Shown: positions 44,262 to 54,803 of the stretch, one piece after another
Numbering within the stretch: the first letter of the stretch is position 1
Layout of the letters: the number at the start of each line of letters is the position of its first letter
From: Terriglobia bacterium
Lineage (GTDB): Bacteria > Acidobacteriota > Terriglobia > Bryobacterales > UBA6623
DNA: 64,000 bases
Assembly (NCBI GenBank): GCA_009841225.1
Contig: VXMF01000002.1
Span: 65,426 to 129,425 of the forward strand
Reading direction: 5' to 3'
Program-made: the position numbers and the translations under genes
Notes under the pieces: generated by a model
What the model was told of the DNA's origin: nothing
The model's input: the letters and a program-made list of their open reading frames with translations, nothing else
Databases searched by the model: none

Positions 44262-45575
44262 ATGCCTAGACGCGCCCTCCCACGCCGCGCGTTCCTGAAG
44301 GGGCTGGCCGCGAGCGGAACCGCCGTCCGAGTCGGCCTGCCGCCACTGGCCTGCATGTTCAACTCCTCCGGCACGGCCTACGCCGCCCGGAGTGGACCGG
44401 GCAGTGACGGCAAGCCCGAGACACGCTTTGTCTTGTGGTTCAACGGTAACGGTATCCCGGAGCGCTACTGGATTCCCCGTGACCAAGGGCCCGACTATTC
44501 GCTCACTCCGTGCTTGTCCCCCTTGGCGCGTTTGCAGAACGACGTTCAGATCCTGTCGGGCCTGGATAACCCCAATGGGCAGACAAGCGGAGTCGGCAAC
44601 GGCCACCAGCGGTCGATGAGCGCATTGGTTTCGGGCTCGAAATACACCGGAATGGGTGCGGGTTCGGCTTCGATCGACCAAGTCATCGCCGGAAAGATCG
44701 GCACGGAATCGCGCTTCCCGTCTCTCCAGATCGGTGTCTGTCGAGAGTCGTTCGGCTCCAGCATGCAGCGAAACATGAGCTGGAGCGCCAAAAACCGGGC
44801 GCTGGCACCGGAGCTGGTGCCCCAGAAGCTCTTCGATCGCCTATTCGGCAGGCTCGACGAGGGTTGGGTGCGCCGCAAGCGCAGCGTGTTGGACGTAGTG
44901 CGCGGCCAAGCGCAGAGCCTCAGCAGCCGCCTCGGACAGGAGGACTCGCGGCGCGTCGACGAGTACCTCACCTCGATATTCGACATGGAGCGCGCTATCG
45001 CGGAGTTTCCCGAGGAGTACGCCGGGCAGGTAGATGAGCCGGAAGCCGGCGGCGATCCCCGCGACTACCCGCGCATCGCCAAGCTACAGAGCGACCTGCT
45101 GGTACATGCATTTGCGTCGGGCCAGACACGCGTAGCGTCGTACATGCTGACGAAGTGCCAGAGCCTGGCGCGATTCCCGTGGCTGGGACTGTCGTTTGCG
45201 CGCCATCACGAGTATTCGCACCTGGGCGGTTCGCATCGCCAGCGCCAACAGGAAGTGATGCGCGACATCTGCCGCTGGCACGTCGAGGAATTTGCCTACC
45301 TTGTGGCGCGTCTCAAGAGCGTGCCGGAGGGATCCGGCACGTTACTGGACAGCAGCGCCCTGCTCTTCGTCCACGAGCACGCCGAGGCGAACTCTCACAA
45401 GAACAGTGGCGGCGCGGTGATCTTGGCCGGACGTGCCGGCCGACTTAATCCCGGCCATCACACGCGCGTCACCGGCACGTTCGGCGATCTCTATCGCACT
45501 GTCGCGAATGAAGTCGGAGCGCCTCTCGACCACTTCCCGACTTCGTACGGCACCGTGCCGGCTGCCACGGCTTAG
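44262..45575 (+). CDS. DUF1552 domain protein (usual partner of DUF1592-type proteins), Tat leader
   Basis: [37 protein letters not shown]. It follows the upstream gene with essentially no gap. Confidence 0.85.
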   Translation: MPRRALPRRAFLKGLAASGTAVRVGLPPLACMFNSSGTAYAARSGPGSDGKPETRFVLWFNGNGIPERYWIPRDQGPDYSLTPCLSPLARLQNDVQILSGLDNPNGQTSGVGNGHQRSMSALVSGSKYTGMGAGSASIDQVIAGKIGTESRFPSLQIGVCRESFGSSMQRNMSWSAKNRALAPELVPQKLFDRLFGRLDEGWVRRKRSVLDVVRGQAQSLSSRLGQEDSRRVDEYLTSIFDMERAIAEFPEEYAGQVDEPEAGGDPRDYPRIAKLQSDLLVHAFASGQTRVASYMLTKCQSLARFPWLGLSFARHHEYSHLGGSHRQRQQEVMRDICRWHVEEFAYLVARLKSVPEGSGTLLDSSALLFVHEHAEANSHKNSGGAVILAGRAGRLNPGHHTRVTGTFGDLYRTVANEVGAPLDHFPTSYGTVPAATA

Positions 45576-45594
45576 CCTGCGATCCGCGCAGCGA

Positions 45595-46707
45595 CTAGCG
45601 GATCACATCACGCGACGGGTTTGCCGCTGTGAATTCCGCGGCGGCCGCCTCGGTCACGGCCGAGCCGACCGCAATCAATCTCTGTAAGCTGGGGTGCTCC
45701 CGCAAGGCTGCTGTGCCGCTGTCTCCGAACGAGGTGAAGGAAACGTCAACGACCTGCAGTGACGGCAAGGATGCCAGGGCTCTTCCGGCCGAGTCGTCCA
45801 GCGAACTTACGTGGGACAACACTAGCTCTTCAAGATTCTCCAGGCTCCCCAGGCTCTGAATGCCCTCGGCCGTCAGCATTGACCGCGACAGGTTGAGCTT
45901 GCGCAGCTTACTGAGAGCTGCCAGTTGCTTGGCTCCGAAGTCGGTGATCCGGATCGCACCGCGCAGCCGCGGGACCCCGGTACTGATTGCCTGGACGTAC
46001 TCGGGGCTGGGCGCGGCTAGGTTGAGCGATTCGAGCCTCCGCAGCCCTGCGATCTCATCGAGGTTCAAATCCGTCACCGTCACCGCCCAGATTCCGCTGT
46101 CGGTGACCTGTGCTCCGCTAAGGTCGAGATGTTCCAGCTGCCTCAGCGACCTGAGACTCGCTATGCCGGACTCGCCGATCTTGTTGCCTCCAATCGCCAG
46201 CCTCTTGAGGTTGGGCAAGGCTTCCAGCAGGCCGACAGACGCATCGCTGACCTCGGTGATCCCAATGTCCAAGACTTCCAAGGTCTTGATCTCGGTCAAG
46301 AACTTCACGCCAGAGTCGCTGATCTTTGTGCCGCGAAGATTGAGCCGCTCCAAGCGCGATGCTCGGCGCAAGAGCGAAGCGCCGGCGTCGGTGATGTCCT
46401 CGCAGAAGAACATGTCCAACTCCCGCAAGGATGGCAGCGATGCGACGATCTCCAAGACCCTGTCGCTGACATCCGTTTGTGCCAGCTTCAAGCTGGCCAG
46501 GCTCGCCGCCCCTTCGAGCTTTCGCAGATCCGCGTCGGTAACCCAGCTCCGGCCAAGGTCGATGGCGTGCAGCTCGCTTGCTGAGTTCCGATCCACGGCA
46601 CCGCCCATGCCGAGCACCCAAGCTTCGATATCTGCCCGGGGCAGGGCTTCTGCAGACAGAACGCAAGCCGGCAAGGCGGCTGCAAGGATGCACAAGCGGA
46701 GACACAT
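45595..46707 (-). CDS. Leucine-rich repeat protein (RNI-like LRR), secreted
   Basis: Signal peptide MCLRLCILAAALPACVLSAEA. Then about 24-residue LRRs (L..L..L.L..T.VTD.GL..L). Confidence 0.8.
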   Translation of the reverse strand: MCLRLCILAAALPACVLSAEALPRADIEAWVLGMGGAVDRNSASELHAIDLGRSWVTDADLRKLEGAASLASLKLAQTDVSDRVLEIVASLPSLRELDMFFCEDITDAGASLLRRASRLERLNLRGTKISDSGVKFLTEIKTLEVLDIGITEVSDASVGLLEALPNLKRLAIGGNKIGESGIASLRSLRQLEHLDLSGAQVTDSGIWAVTVTDLNLDEIAGLRRLESLNLAAPSPEYVQAISTGVPRLRGAIRITDFGAKQLAALSKLRKLNLSRSMLTAEGIQSLGSLENLEELVLSHVSSLDDSAGRALASLPSLQVVDVSFTSFGDSGTAALREHPSLQRLIAVGSAVTEAAAAEFTAANPSRDVIR

Positions 46708-46712
46708 GGGTC

Positions 46713-48725
46713 TTACCTGCGGCGGGTGGGCTGGGCCGAGTCGCGTTCCCACGCGATCTTGCAGTCGGGCAGTGCGCTTCGCAGAGACTGTACGCCGCTC
46801 TCGCTCACCAGCGTGTGATAGAGATTGAGCGCCGTGAGGTCCGCAAAGCCGCTCAAGGTTTCGATTGCCTCGTCGTCGACATCTGTGTTGTCGAGACTCA
46901 GCACTTGTAGGTTGGCGTTCGACGCCAGCGATGCGATGCCGTCGGAAGATACCTTGGCGTAGTCGAGGCTAAGCCTCTGGAGCGTCCGCAACGGCGCCAA
47001 CGCTTCGGCACCGGCGTCGTCGACGCGAGTGTTCGCGAGATCGAGCTCCGTCAGCGCCTCCAGCTCTGCCAATTGCCCGACTCCCTCGCTGGTGACGTTT
47101 GTGAAGGCGAGCGAGAGCCGTCGCAGTTGCGGTAGGGATACGATTGAGCGCAAGCCCTCGTCCCCTACCCGCGTGCCTGTCAGCCTGAGCTCAGTCAGGC
47201 TCTTCAAAGACGCAAGACTCGCGGCCCCGGGATCGCTCACCTGGGTGTAGTCCAGGTTCAACGATTCGAGTCGAGACAATCCCGCGATTGATTCGAGGTC
47301 GGAGTCGCCGATCGCTGTTCCAGCAAGTGAGAGCCTGAGCAAGTTATTCGAGGAGGCCAAGCTCGAAAGCCCGCTGCCTTCGACAAGAGATTGATCTAGG
47401 ACGAGTTCGCGGAGGGAATCCAGCTTTTCGAGATGGACTAGACCAGAATCTGTAATACGTGTATTTGCAAGCTTTAGAGCACGTAAGGTCGGAAGTGAGG
47501 CCAAGGCTTGCAAGCCGAGGTCGCTTACCTCGGTCGCACTCAGGTCTAGATACGTCACTGCTGGGAATCTGGTGATGGGCTCCAGCATTCCGTCTGTGGC
47601 AGCAGTCGCCTTGAGGGAGATCGAGACCCGCCCATCGGACAGGACCTCGGCAACCCCGCCGATCGAGCGGGCCCACTCCAGCAAGCCGTCCAGATCGCCA
47701 ATCGATGGCGCCCTCGATGTGACAGGCACGATGGATGGCGTGTTGTCGATGAACCGAATCTCCAAATTCGGCCGAGCGGAGCGCAGGTCAGCGATTCCTG
47801 CCGCAGTGGCCCGGGAATATCGCAGGTCGACGCTTCTCAACTCAGGCAGGGCTGCCAGCTGCGGCACGCCGGCGTTCGTGATCGGCGTGCGATAGAGGTT
47901 CAAGTCAACCAGCTCGTGCATTCCGCTGAGGTGCCCAAGACCCGCATCGGAGATCTTGGCTCCGCGCAGGTTCAGCATTCTCAGCGCAGTCAGCCCGGCA
48001 AGGTGGGCGACGCCTTCGTCGGAGAGCTCCAGATCGGCAAGGTCCAACTCGACCAAGCCGGAAAGGTCCGCAAGAGCCGCGAGGCCGCTATCGGTGACGT
48101 ACGTGCTCCGCAAGCGCAGGGTCTTGAGGCGGGGCAAGCGGGCAATATTGGCCAAGCCTTCATCGTTCACATCGGTCTGCGTCAGATCCAACCGCTCGAG
48201 GTTCTTGAACGCATCGAGGTGCGCGCCGGTCACCCGGGTCGACCTCAGCTGCAAGAAACGGAGCCGCTCGAGACTCGTGATTTTCTCGATCGCATGGTCA
48301 AACACTCTGATTCCCTTGAAGACGCTCATGAAGTGATGGCTGAGGTGCAGCGACTCCAAAGACTCCATCCCAGCGAGCGCGGCGATCAGATCGCTGTCGT
48401 CGACGTTGCCCAGAGTTCCGCAGCAGACGGGGTTCCACATCGTGCCGGGCAGAGTCAGGCTGCGGAGTCCCTTCAATGCGCTGATGCGTTCCAGATCCCG
48501 CGGATGCACTAGCGTACCGGTGAGGACGGCTTCGCGAACGGACAGCGGTCCTCGTGGCAGATCGATCGCGGACCGGATCTCCTCTCGGCTGCCTTCAAGT
48601 CTGATCGTTCCGCCTTGGGACAGTATCCAGACCGCGGCCTGCCTTTCGTCCAAGCGCTGCTGAGCGGCGGACGGCTGACCGATCAGCAGGCAGCCTGCCA
48701 AGAGAACGAGGAACGGACCCGTCAT
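46713..48725 (-). CDS. Leucine-rich repeat protein (RNI-like LRR), secreted, larger paralog
   Basis: The start is taken at MTGPFLVLLAGCLLIGQPSAA. It has more than 20 LRR units of the same type as the neighbouring gene. The ORF could extend to 48839. Confidence 0.8.
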   Translation of the reverse strand: MTGPFLVLLAGCLLIGQPSAAQQRLDERQAAVWILSQGGTIRLEGSREEIRSAIDLPRGPLSVREAVLTGTLVHPRDLERISALKGLRSLTLPGTMWNPVCCGTLGNVDDSDLIAALAGMESLESLHLSHHFMSVFKGIRVFDHAIEKITSLERLRFLQLRSTRVTGAHLDAFKNLERLDLTQTDVNDEGLANIARLPRLKTLRLRSTYVTDSGLAALADLSGLVELDLADLELSDEGVAHLAGLTALRMLNLRGAKISDAGLGHLSGMHELVDLNLYRTPITNAGVPQLAALPELRSVDLRYSRATAAGIADLRSARPNLEIRFIDNTPSIVPVTSRAPSIGDLDGLLEWARSIGGVAEVLSDGRVSISLKATAATDGMLEPITRFPAVTYLDLSATEVSDLGLQALASLPTLRALKLANTRITDSGLVHLEKLDSLRELVLDQSLVEGSGLSSLASSNNLLRLSLAGTAIGDSDLESIAGLSRLESLNLDYTQVSDPGAASLASLKSLTELRLTGTRVGDEGLRSIVSLPQLRRLSLAFTNVTSEGVGQLAELEALTELDLANTRVDDAGAEALAPLRTLQRLSLDYAKVSSDGIASLASNANLQVLSLDNTDVDDEAIETLSGFADLTALNLYHTLVSESGVQSLRSALPDCKIAWERDSAQPTRRR

Positions 48726-48887
48726 TCCATGTCGGCGGCGGCGCAGATCGAGCGCCAAACCCTCGGCCTCCTGCGCCCCGTCCAGCGCTATTGTAGCGGG
48801 CACATCAGGATCATCGGGACGGGATCCGCTCTGCGGCACGATGTCGCAGCCCTACGAGCTTGACTCCAATCGGTCCGGCCTGTCAGA

Positions 48888-50498
48888 TCAGACGAGCTCG
48901 TGGCCGGTTCCGCAAACGAACACTTCGATGCCCAAGCTGCGGAACGCCGCGATCTTAGCGCTCAGAGCCAGGCGGGCTGCCGACATGTCTGGCGCATAGG
49001 CCACCTGGATGTGGTTGGACTTGTGCCTGCCCATCATCCTGTCGCGGCTCACACCCCTTGTGATGGCGTGCATGATGGGCCACTGTGGTGTGGTGATATT
49101 CCAGCGCCGCTCGGTCTCTTCCTGCGGCAACTCGACCACTTCAGCCAAGCCCACGTCGGCCTTCAAGCGGTTGTCTTCGACGAATATGCGGCTCCAGACC
49201 ACTTCGCCGGGCTTGCTGATGCCCTTGATCGTGCCACCGCCCAGCGGGAAGTACATCGGCGGCTGGCGCTCGCTGACGGTACCGGCGTACCCCCCGATCA
49301 GGTGATTCGGCGGGACCGAGCCCGAGATCTCGAACACCCAGACAAACTCTTCCCGGCCGCGCACGGCGTAGGGCTCGCCATAGCGCAGATCGTGCAACGT
49401 GGTTTCGGGATCGTAGCCAAGCTTGGTCCAGACGCGGTTCGTAACCAAGGCATCTAGTCCGGCGCACTCGTCGACCTCGTTGAAGTGCGGCATGGCGTGG
49501 CCCTCGAACAGCACCCGACCGTCCGCGCTCTTGGCGGGAGGGCGATCTACGTTGTTGAGCAGGCCCTCGACCAAGTCAGAGGCCGGGCAAATATCCTTCA
49601 GCCCCTGTTGGTACTGGATGCCGATGGTGTCGCAGCCAAACTCGTCGGCAATGCGCAACGCCGCGATGTACATCTTGCACTGCAACAGGATCTGGGCATC
49701 CGTCAGGTCCGTCTCCTCGTCGGGGCCGGTGTCGAACCGCATGCCCTTCGCATCAAGCCACTCCCGCACCTGCTGGGCTTCGTCGTCGCTAACCTGCCGC
49801 ATAGCGGCCCACAGCGCGGACTGGCTGAGGCGTTCCTTGAACACGCCCGTGGGGTTGAGCAGGTGGTCGGGAATGATGGCGTTGTACATTCCCATGCAAC
49901 CCTCGTCGAAGACGCCCAAGATCGCGCGCTCGGACTTCAGCTCGTCGGCAACCTCGGTCCCGGCAAGCATGGCCTTGTGGGGCAAGATCACATCCTCTGC
50001 CGCATGCACGTGCGGTGACCGATGCACCACCGGATCGCCTCGAATCCAACCACTCAGGCAGCCCATGAAGAAGTCGTCGCTGAAGTCCTCGCTCCACAGC
50101 GTCGAATAGTCCACACCCGCCTTCGTCAAGCTGCCATTGAGGTTGAGCATCCCGACCAGACCAGGCCACTGGCCGCTCCAGTTCGCCACCGTCAGGATCG
50201 GCCCCTGATGGTTCATGAGGCCGGCCAGAATGTGCTGCGAATACTGCCAGACCGCCTCGGCGACAACCAGTGGCGCCTTGCGGTTGATCGAGCGGAACAC
50301 TTCCAGGCCGCGCTTCTGGCTGTCGATGAATCCGTGCTGCTTGGTGGCGTCGTACTCGTGTGCCCGGCGGACGCTCCCGCCAGCACTCTCGATTGCCGCC
50401 GTCAACTTGGCTTCCATCTCCTGCTGTGCGGGCCAGCACATGCGGTTCGCGGACAGGCGGAGGTCGCCATTCGCAACCAACAGAATCTCGTTTGCCAT
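48888..50498 (-). CDS. L-fucose isomerase-like sugar isomerase family protein
   Basis: 536 aa. The overall layout and the C-terminal ..[25 protein letters not shown] resemble the FucI/AraA-like superfamily (compare FucI ..WGANHGVLTIGH..LRIPVCMH). The assignment is by eye only. Confidence 0.55.
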   Translation of the reverse strand: MANEILLVANGDLRLSANRMCWPAQQEMEAKLTAAIESAGGSVRRAHEYDATKQHGFIDSQKRGLEVFRSINRKAPLVVAEAVWQYSQHILAGLMNHQGPILTVANWSGQWPGLVGMLNLNGSLTKAGVDYSTLWSEDFSDDFFMGCLSGWIRGDPVVHRSPHVHAAEDVILPHKAMLAGTEVADELKSERAILGVFDEGCMGMYNAIIPDHLLNPTGVFKERLSQSALWAAMRQVSDDEAQQVREWLDAKGMRFDTGPDEETDLTDAQILLQCKMYIAALRIADEFGCDTIGIQYQQGLKDICPASDLVEGLLNNVDRPPAKSADGRVLFEGHAMPHFNEVDECAGLDALVTNRVWTKLGYDPETTLHDLRYGEPYAVRGREEFVWVFEISGSVPPNHLIGGYAGTVSERQPPMYFPLGGGTIKGISKPGEVVWSRIFVEDNRLKADVGLAEVVELPQEETERRWNITTPQWPIMHAITRGVSRDRMMGRHKSNHIQVAYAPDMSAARLALSAKIAAFRSLGIEVFVCGTGHELV

Positions 50499-50747
50499 AG
50501 CCTACGATTGTCTCAAAGTCCTTCAAGATCGTTCCCGCGTGGCAAGTGGGGATGCTCCAGCAGGTCGCTGCTACTGGAACACCGCCGCGGCCTCCTCCTC
50601 CGTCAAGACCCGAGGTCCGCCGGCACTCCCTCCTGCAGTAGCGAATCTAGTTGAAGATCCTTAGCCTCAACTGCAGAAACAATGTGAGATTTCCCTAGTG
50701 ACGGAATGTGGGATACAGCCCGCGCGGTCGGCTGGCTCGTGATTCCC

Positions 50748-51959
50748 TCACTGAGTGACGATCTGGACCAAGCCAGCGGACTTTGCCGCTGTCATCCGCG
50801 AGCCAGCGGCGGCCGTGCGACGCGCTAGCTCGTCAATCTCCACCTCCTCAGCGCCTTTCACGTCAGAGCGAAGGATGTTCGCGATGGGCTCGGTCCACTT
50901 CTCGGCGATCGCCCCCGCCCCGAGGATGACTCCCATCACGGGCCCGACATCGCCCGCATTCGTGTCCGTGTCCCAGGCTGACATGACAGCGATTCCGATC
51001 GTCTTGTCGAAGTCGCCCTCGCCATAGAGCAGCGCCAAGGCGATCACCGCGTTGTTCGGAAACACCCGGCGGTTCTTGTCACCTTCGGGCGCCCATTTGA
51101 GATCGATCTGCTCATGAGCCTTTTCCCAGTCGTCCGGCCACTGCTCGTGCCACTGCATCACGTCCCGGATGCAACGGGCGTAGTCGCTGTCCGCGGGGAC
51201 TACCGCGAGTCCTGCCTCCAAGAGCTTGGTGGGATCGGACTCAAAGAAAGCTTCGGCTGTCAGGGCCGCCACGAACATCTCGCCGTAAACGCCGGCGGTA
51301 TGAAAGGCAACCTCGGCGTCCATCCGCCCGTACTCGGCGGCTACTTCCGGATTCCCGGGCAGCAAGAAGCCCCAGAATTCCCCCTTCATCTGGCCCCCCA
51401 TGAACTCGCCCGCTTCATGCTGGCCCGATTCCGGAGGCCTCACTCCCTCCTTCAAGAGTCTCTCCGCCACCCTCACGGCGCGGCCGCAGTTCTGGGCCTC
51501 GAACACCGAAAAAGTAGCGAGCCACTGGTCAGCGATGTCCTGGCTGGTGATCTCGGGCCCCTTTTCCTCGATCAACAGGAGATTCGCGACTTGGAAGAGC
51601 GTGTCGTCGTCGGGACCGAACCCGGCCGGACCCCAATGATCCACCGTGTACCATTGCTCGCGGTCTGGATCCAGGCTAGGCCGCAGTGTCTTGATGTAGT
51701 CGGTAAGCGGCCACTGCCCCAAATCGGTGAGGAACGGCTTAAGGTCCTGCTTGTGCATCCTCTGAACGCTCATCCCCAGAGCGCTTCCGACCGCCGAGCC
51801 GAGCCAGCCGCCGTGAATCTTCTCAAGGTAGTCGGCAGCGCTCAGCGAGCGGATCGACAGGCTGTCCTCGTCGGCCTGAGGCGCCGGTGCCCCGCCTTCG
51901 CATGCGGCGAGCATGGCGACTGTGAGGCACGTGACTGGAATTGCGTTCGCTAACTTCAT
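50748..51959 (-). CDS. ADP-ribosylglycohydrolase family protein (lipoprotein leader)
   Basis: Lipobox LAAC. IHGGWLGSAVGSALG N-terminal motif. C-terminal WDTDTNAGDVGPVMGVILG, which contains the typical DTD(T/S)N metal site. Confidence 0.8.
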   Translation of the reverse strand: MKLANAIPVTCLTVAMLAACEGGAPAPQADEDSLSIRSLSAADYLEKIHGGWLGSAVGSALGMSVQRMHKQDLKPFLTDLGQWPLTDYIKTLRPSLDPDREQWYTVDHWGPAGFGPDDDTLFQVANLLLIEEKGPEITSQDIADQWLATFSVFEAQNCGRAVRVAERLLKEGVRPPESGQHEAGEFMGGQMKGEFWGFLLPGNPEVAAEYGRMDAEVAFHTAGVYGEMFVAALTAEAFFESDPTKLLEAGLAVVPADSDYARCIRDVMQWHEQWPDDWEKAHEQIDLKWAPEGDKNRRVFPNNAVIALALLYGEGDFDKTIGIAVMSAWDTDTNAGDVGPVMGVILGAGAIAEKWTEPIANILRSDVKGAEEVEIDELARRTAAAGSRMTAAKSAGLVQIVTQ

Positions 51960-52180
51960 GGTTTGCTCCTGCTCGCAGCTACAGCCGCTCGTAGTCTCGG
52001 CATCGTACTACGGTTGGAGACGGTGGTCGATAAATCCGGCACCGACAATGCTCTTGTGCGGAGAGACTTTTCCGAGATGTTGGTGCCTATCGGCAGGGGC
52101 TATCGATAGAGCTAGACTCACACGGAGGCGGGGTGAGACCGCTGACCTCCAGGAACCGACCGGCTCGGGCGGAAATAACG

Positions 52181-52405
52181 ATGAGTGACCAACTCATAGA
52201 GAGGAACCCGAACATCCTGAGCGGGACTCCCGTGTTCTCGGGCACGAGGGTTCCGGTCCGGATATTGATGGAACATCTCGAAGCGGGCGACCGCCTCGAC
52301 GACTTTCTCGATGACTACCCGACGGTTTCGAGAGAGCAAGCCATTGAACTGCTCGAGCGCGCACGGATGATATTGGTGGGCGATGTCAACACGGGCGCTG
52401 CTTGA
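52181..52405 (+). CDS. DUF433 domain protein (antitoxin-like)
   Basis: NPNILSGTPVFSGTRVPVRILMEHLEAGDRLDDFLDDYPTVSREQAIELLE matches the DUF433 consensus (P.i..G.PV..GTR.PV..il..l..G.s...i..dyP.l....i). Confidence 0.75.
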   Translation: MSDQLIERNPNILSGTPVFSGTRVPVRILMEHLEAGDRLDDFLDDYPTVSREQAIELLERARMILVGDVNTGAA

Positions 52406-52668
52406 TGAATCCACCCAAGGGGGCTGGTGGATTCTTCCAGGAATTGTGACCCCTCGTCGCGGAGGTGATCGCTATTCTCTCGAGCGCCCCTGAGCACCGC
52501 ATCTACCACGTCCGAGCCTGAACGCGCTGCGACGGATTTCCCGGAGCGGTTCGCCGCGCTTCTGAGACAAGATCGCCAGAGCGAGCGCTCGGAGGGGTGC
52601 TCTCGACCAGTACTGATTCAGCGAGCCTTAGTCTCGGGTTGCGTGCCTGCGTGAAGGGCGTCGAAAGG

Positions 52669-53880
52669 TCAGCCGCACTTGTTGTTGTCGCATGGTCGCG
52701 TGCATACGACCTTGTAATCGGGCGTAAGCCCGCAACCGACTGCATTGGGATCGCTGGTCCCGCAGCGGAACCGGCACGGTGGCTCTTCGCCCCCAGCCGA
52801 TGGCCGGGCGGGCGGAGGTCCCCCCGGGCCGCGTCGGCGCGCCGGCAGGTCTAGGGCCTCTCGCAACGCGCCGAGCTCGACCCCTAGCGCCCGCGCCGAA
52901 GCGGCAAAGTTCATCGGATCGACTCGTCCATCGGTTAGGCGCAGTGCCTTTGCCAGAGACTCGGTGTCAATGCCAAGGCGCTCGGCTGCTAAGGCGACTT
53001 GTTCGGCGTTCGGCGGCTGGTCGGGCGGCGGAGGTCCCCTGCGTGGCCCGCCTTGAGAGACATCAGGTGCTGCTTCACGACCGGCGTCGGGCGAGGGTGT
53101 GCCCGAGAAGCAGCCCAAGATATATGGCCAACTCTCGGTGACGTGATAGTGATATTCCCCGCCATGGTGGTGCCCATCGTGGTCGTGTCCGCCGTGCCCG
53201 TTGCAGCGATCCAAGTACTCCGGCCCCTCCTGGGGCTCGTAGCGAAACGCATCCCACGCGTCGATTTCCGGATCCCGCAGCTTCTTCCAACTGCTCTTCG
53301 CCTTCACAACGCTTGTGCAATCTTCGTCAACACAGCCGTACGGACCGTATACCGGGAACCCGTCAGCGGCGTAGGCGAGAATCGGCGATGGCTCGCCGGG
53401 CTTGATGTCGGCCGCCAAGCAGGCTTGGACGAGTGCGTGGTAGTGGTACTCCCGCGCCGTGTGGCCCATGCAGGCATCCATGATGGAGTTGTAGACCGGA
53501 TCCCCGAAGCCCGGATAGGGCACGCCACCCTCGTTCGGGCCGAAGAACGGGATGCCATTGATCGCGACCCCAACCGTGCCGAGCAGCGGGATCGGCGTCG
53601 GCTCCTCTGCTAGTTCCGGCCTCAGCGGGAAGCGGTATTCGCGATCGGTCTCAAGGAGCGGGTTGGGGGTTATCTGGATGAACTCGTAATGCGGGATCCC
53701 GTTGCTCCGGACGACCAGCGTATCCTCCTCGCATTCGACTTCGATGCGGGGCTTGGGGAAGTCGTCCCCGGCCCCGGGGAACCGCCCGACGTCCAAGAAG
53801 ACATCTGTCGGGCACGGGGATTCCTGAGCGGCAAGCGGGGCCGCCGCAACTGCGAATAGGAGTATCCAGACTGGCTTCAT
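52669..53880 (-). CDS. YHYH domain protein with a His-rich insert and a Pro/Cys-rich C-terminal extension, secreted
   Basis: Signal peptide MKPVWILLFAVAAAPLAAQ. Two YHYH motifs (AREYHYHA, GGEYHYHV). HGGHDHDGHHHGG. The tail is CRFRCG..GCG..VVCTRPCDNNKCG. Confidence 0.8.
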   Translation of the reverse strand: MKPVWILLFAVAAAPLAAQESPCPTDVFLDVGRFPGAGDDFPKPRIEVECEEDTLVVRSNGIPHYEFIQITPNPLLETDREYRFPLRPELAEEPTPIPLLGTVGVAINGIPFFGPNEGGVPYPGFGDPVYNSIMDACMGHTAREYHYHALVQACLAADIKPGEPSPILAYAADGFPVYGPYGCVDEDCTSVVKAKSSWKKLRDPEIDAWDAFRYEPQEGPEYLDRCNGHGGHDHDGHHHGGEYHYHVTESWPYILGCFSGTPSPDAGREAAPDVSQGGPRRGPPPPDQPPNAEQVALAAERLGIDTESLAKALRLTDGRVDPMNFAASARALGVELGALREALDLPARRRGPGGPPPARPSAGGEEPPCRFRCGTSDPNAVGCGLTPDYKVVCTRPCDNNKCG

Positions 53881-53929
53881 TGCTCGTGCTCCTGCTGTGT
53901 GACCCGTGCACCGGTCTCAACGGGCGGCA

Positions 53930-54784
53930 TCACCTCGACTCCAAGTGTTTCCCAAAGAACGCTAGAGTGGCCGACCATGCTGATTCGGCGGCCTTCAAAT
54001 TGGCGCCTTCCCTGCCCAACTGCTGGCGCAGGAAGCCGTGTCCGGCACCCTCGTAGATGTGCTTCTCGAACTGCAAGCCGAGCCGCTGCATCTCCGCTTC
54101 GGCCGCGGGAATCGTGGAGTTCACGCGCATGTCTTCCGAGCCGTAGAATCCCGCCACCGGCGCCGTGATGCGCGCGATTGCGCGCTCGTCCGGAGATGTG
54201 CCGTAGTAGACCGCTGCGGCTGCAAGGTTCGGCTCGTAGCCCGCGTACGCGAAGGCCGTGCCGCCGCCCCAGCAAAACCCTATCACTCCGAACTTCCCGT
54301 TCGACGCCGGCAGCGCCGCTCCGAACCGCCCAACCGCGGTCAGGCGGCGCGCGACATCTTCGATCCTCAATCCCCGAATCAGCCGGACCGCTTCCTGCCG
54401 CTCACTGGGCGTCCGTCCATCGGGCCCTAAGCCGGTGAGCAGATCTGGCGCGATTGCGATATAGCCCGCCCCAGCGAGCTGGTCGGCGACTCCGCGCACC
54501 CAGTCAGTCAGGCCGAATATCTCGTGAATCACGACCACGACCGGGGCTCGCGTGGCCCGTTCCGGGTAGGAGATCCACGCCCGCACCTTGTCGTACCACC
54601 CGCCACTGGCACCCTGACCCTCGCTGATCTCGACCCATTCGCCGTGGCGAGGGGTGGCTGCCAGCCGATCCACCGCACCCTCTGCATCCGCAGGGAGCGG
54701 CGCTTCTTCGCGGATCGGGGCTGGCCAAGCCAGGGCAAGGGCCAGAGTCAGGCCACTGACCAGCTTGCGGACCACCAGCACCAC
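53930..54784 (-). CDS. Dienelactone hydrolase family protein (second copy)
   Basis: VVVIHEIFGLTDWVRGVADQLAGAGYIAIAPDL, GVIGFCWGG, GAGHGF. The GTG 54784 start (VVLVVRKLVSGLTLALALA leader) avoids overlap with the upstream sulfatase. The ORF extends to 54955. Confidence 0.85.
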   Translation of the reverse strand: MVLVVRKLVSGLTLALALAWPAPIREEAPLPADAEGAVDRLAATPRHGEWVEISEGQGASGGWYDKVRAWISYPERATRAPVVVVIHEIFGLTDWVRGVADQLAGAGYIAIAPDLLTGLGPDGRTPSERQEAVRLIRGLRIEDVARRLTAVGRFGAALPASNGKFGVIGFCWGGGTAFAYAGYEPNLAAAAVYYGTSPDERAIARITAPVAGFYGSEDMRVNSTIPAAEAEMQRLGLQFEKHIYEGAGHGFLRQQLGREGANLKAAESAWSATLAFFGKHLESR

Positions 54785-54803
54785 TCCAGAGTTCTGACTT
54801 GCC

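Noticed and set aside
45860-46828. 322-aa plus-strand ORF
   Set aside because: It is antisense to the LRR gene. Ser/Arg-rich low-complexity translation.
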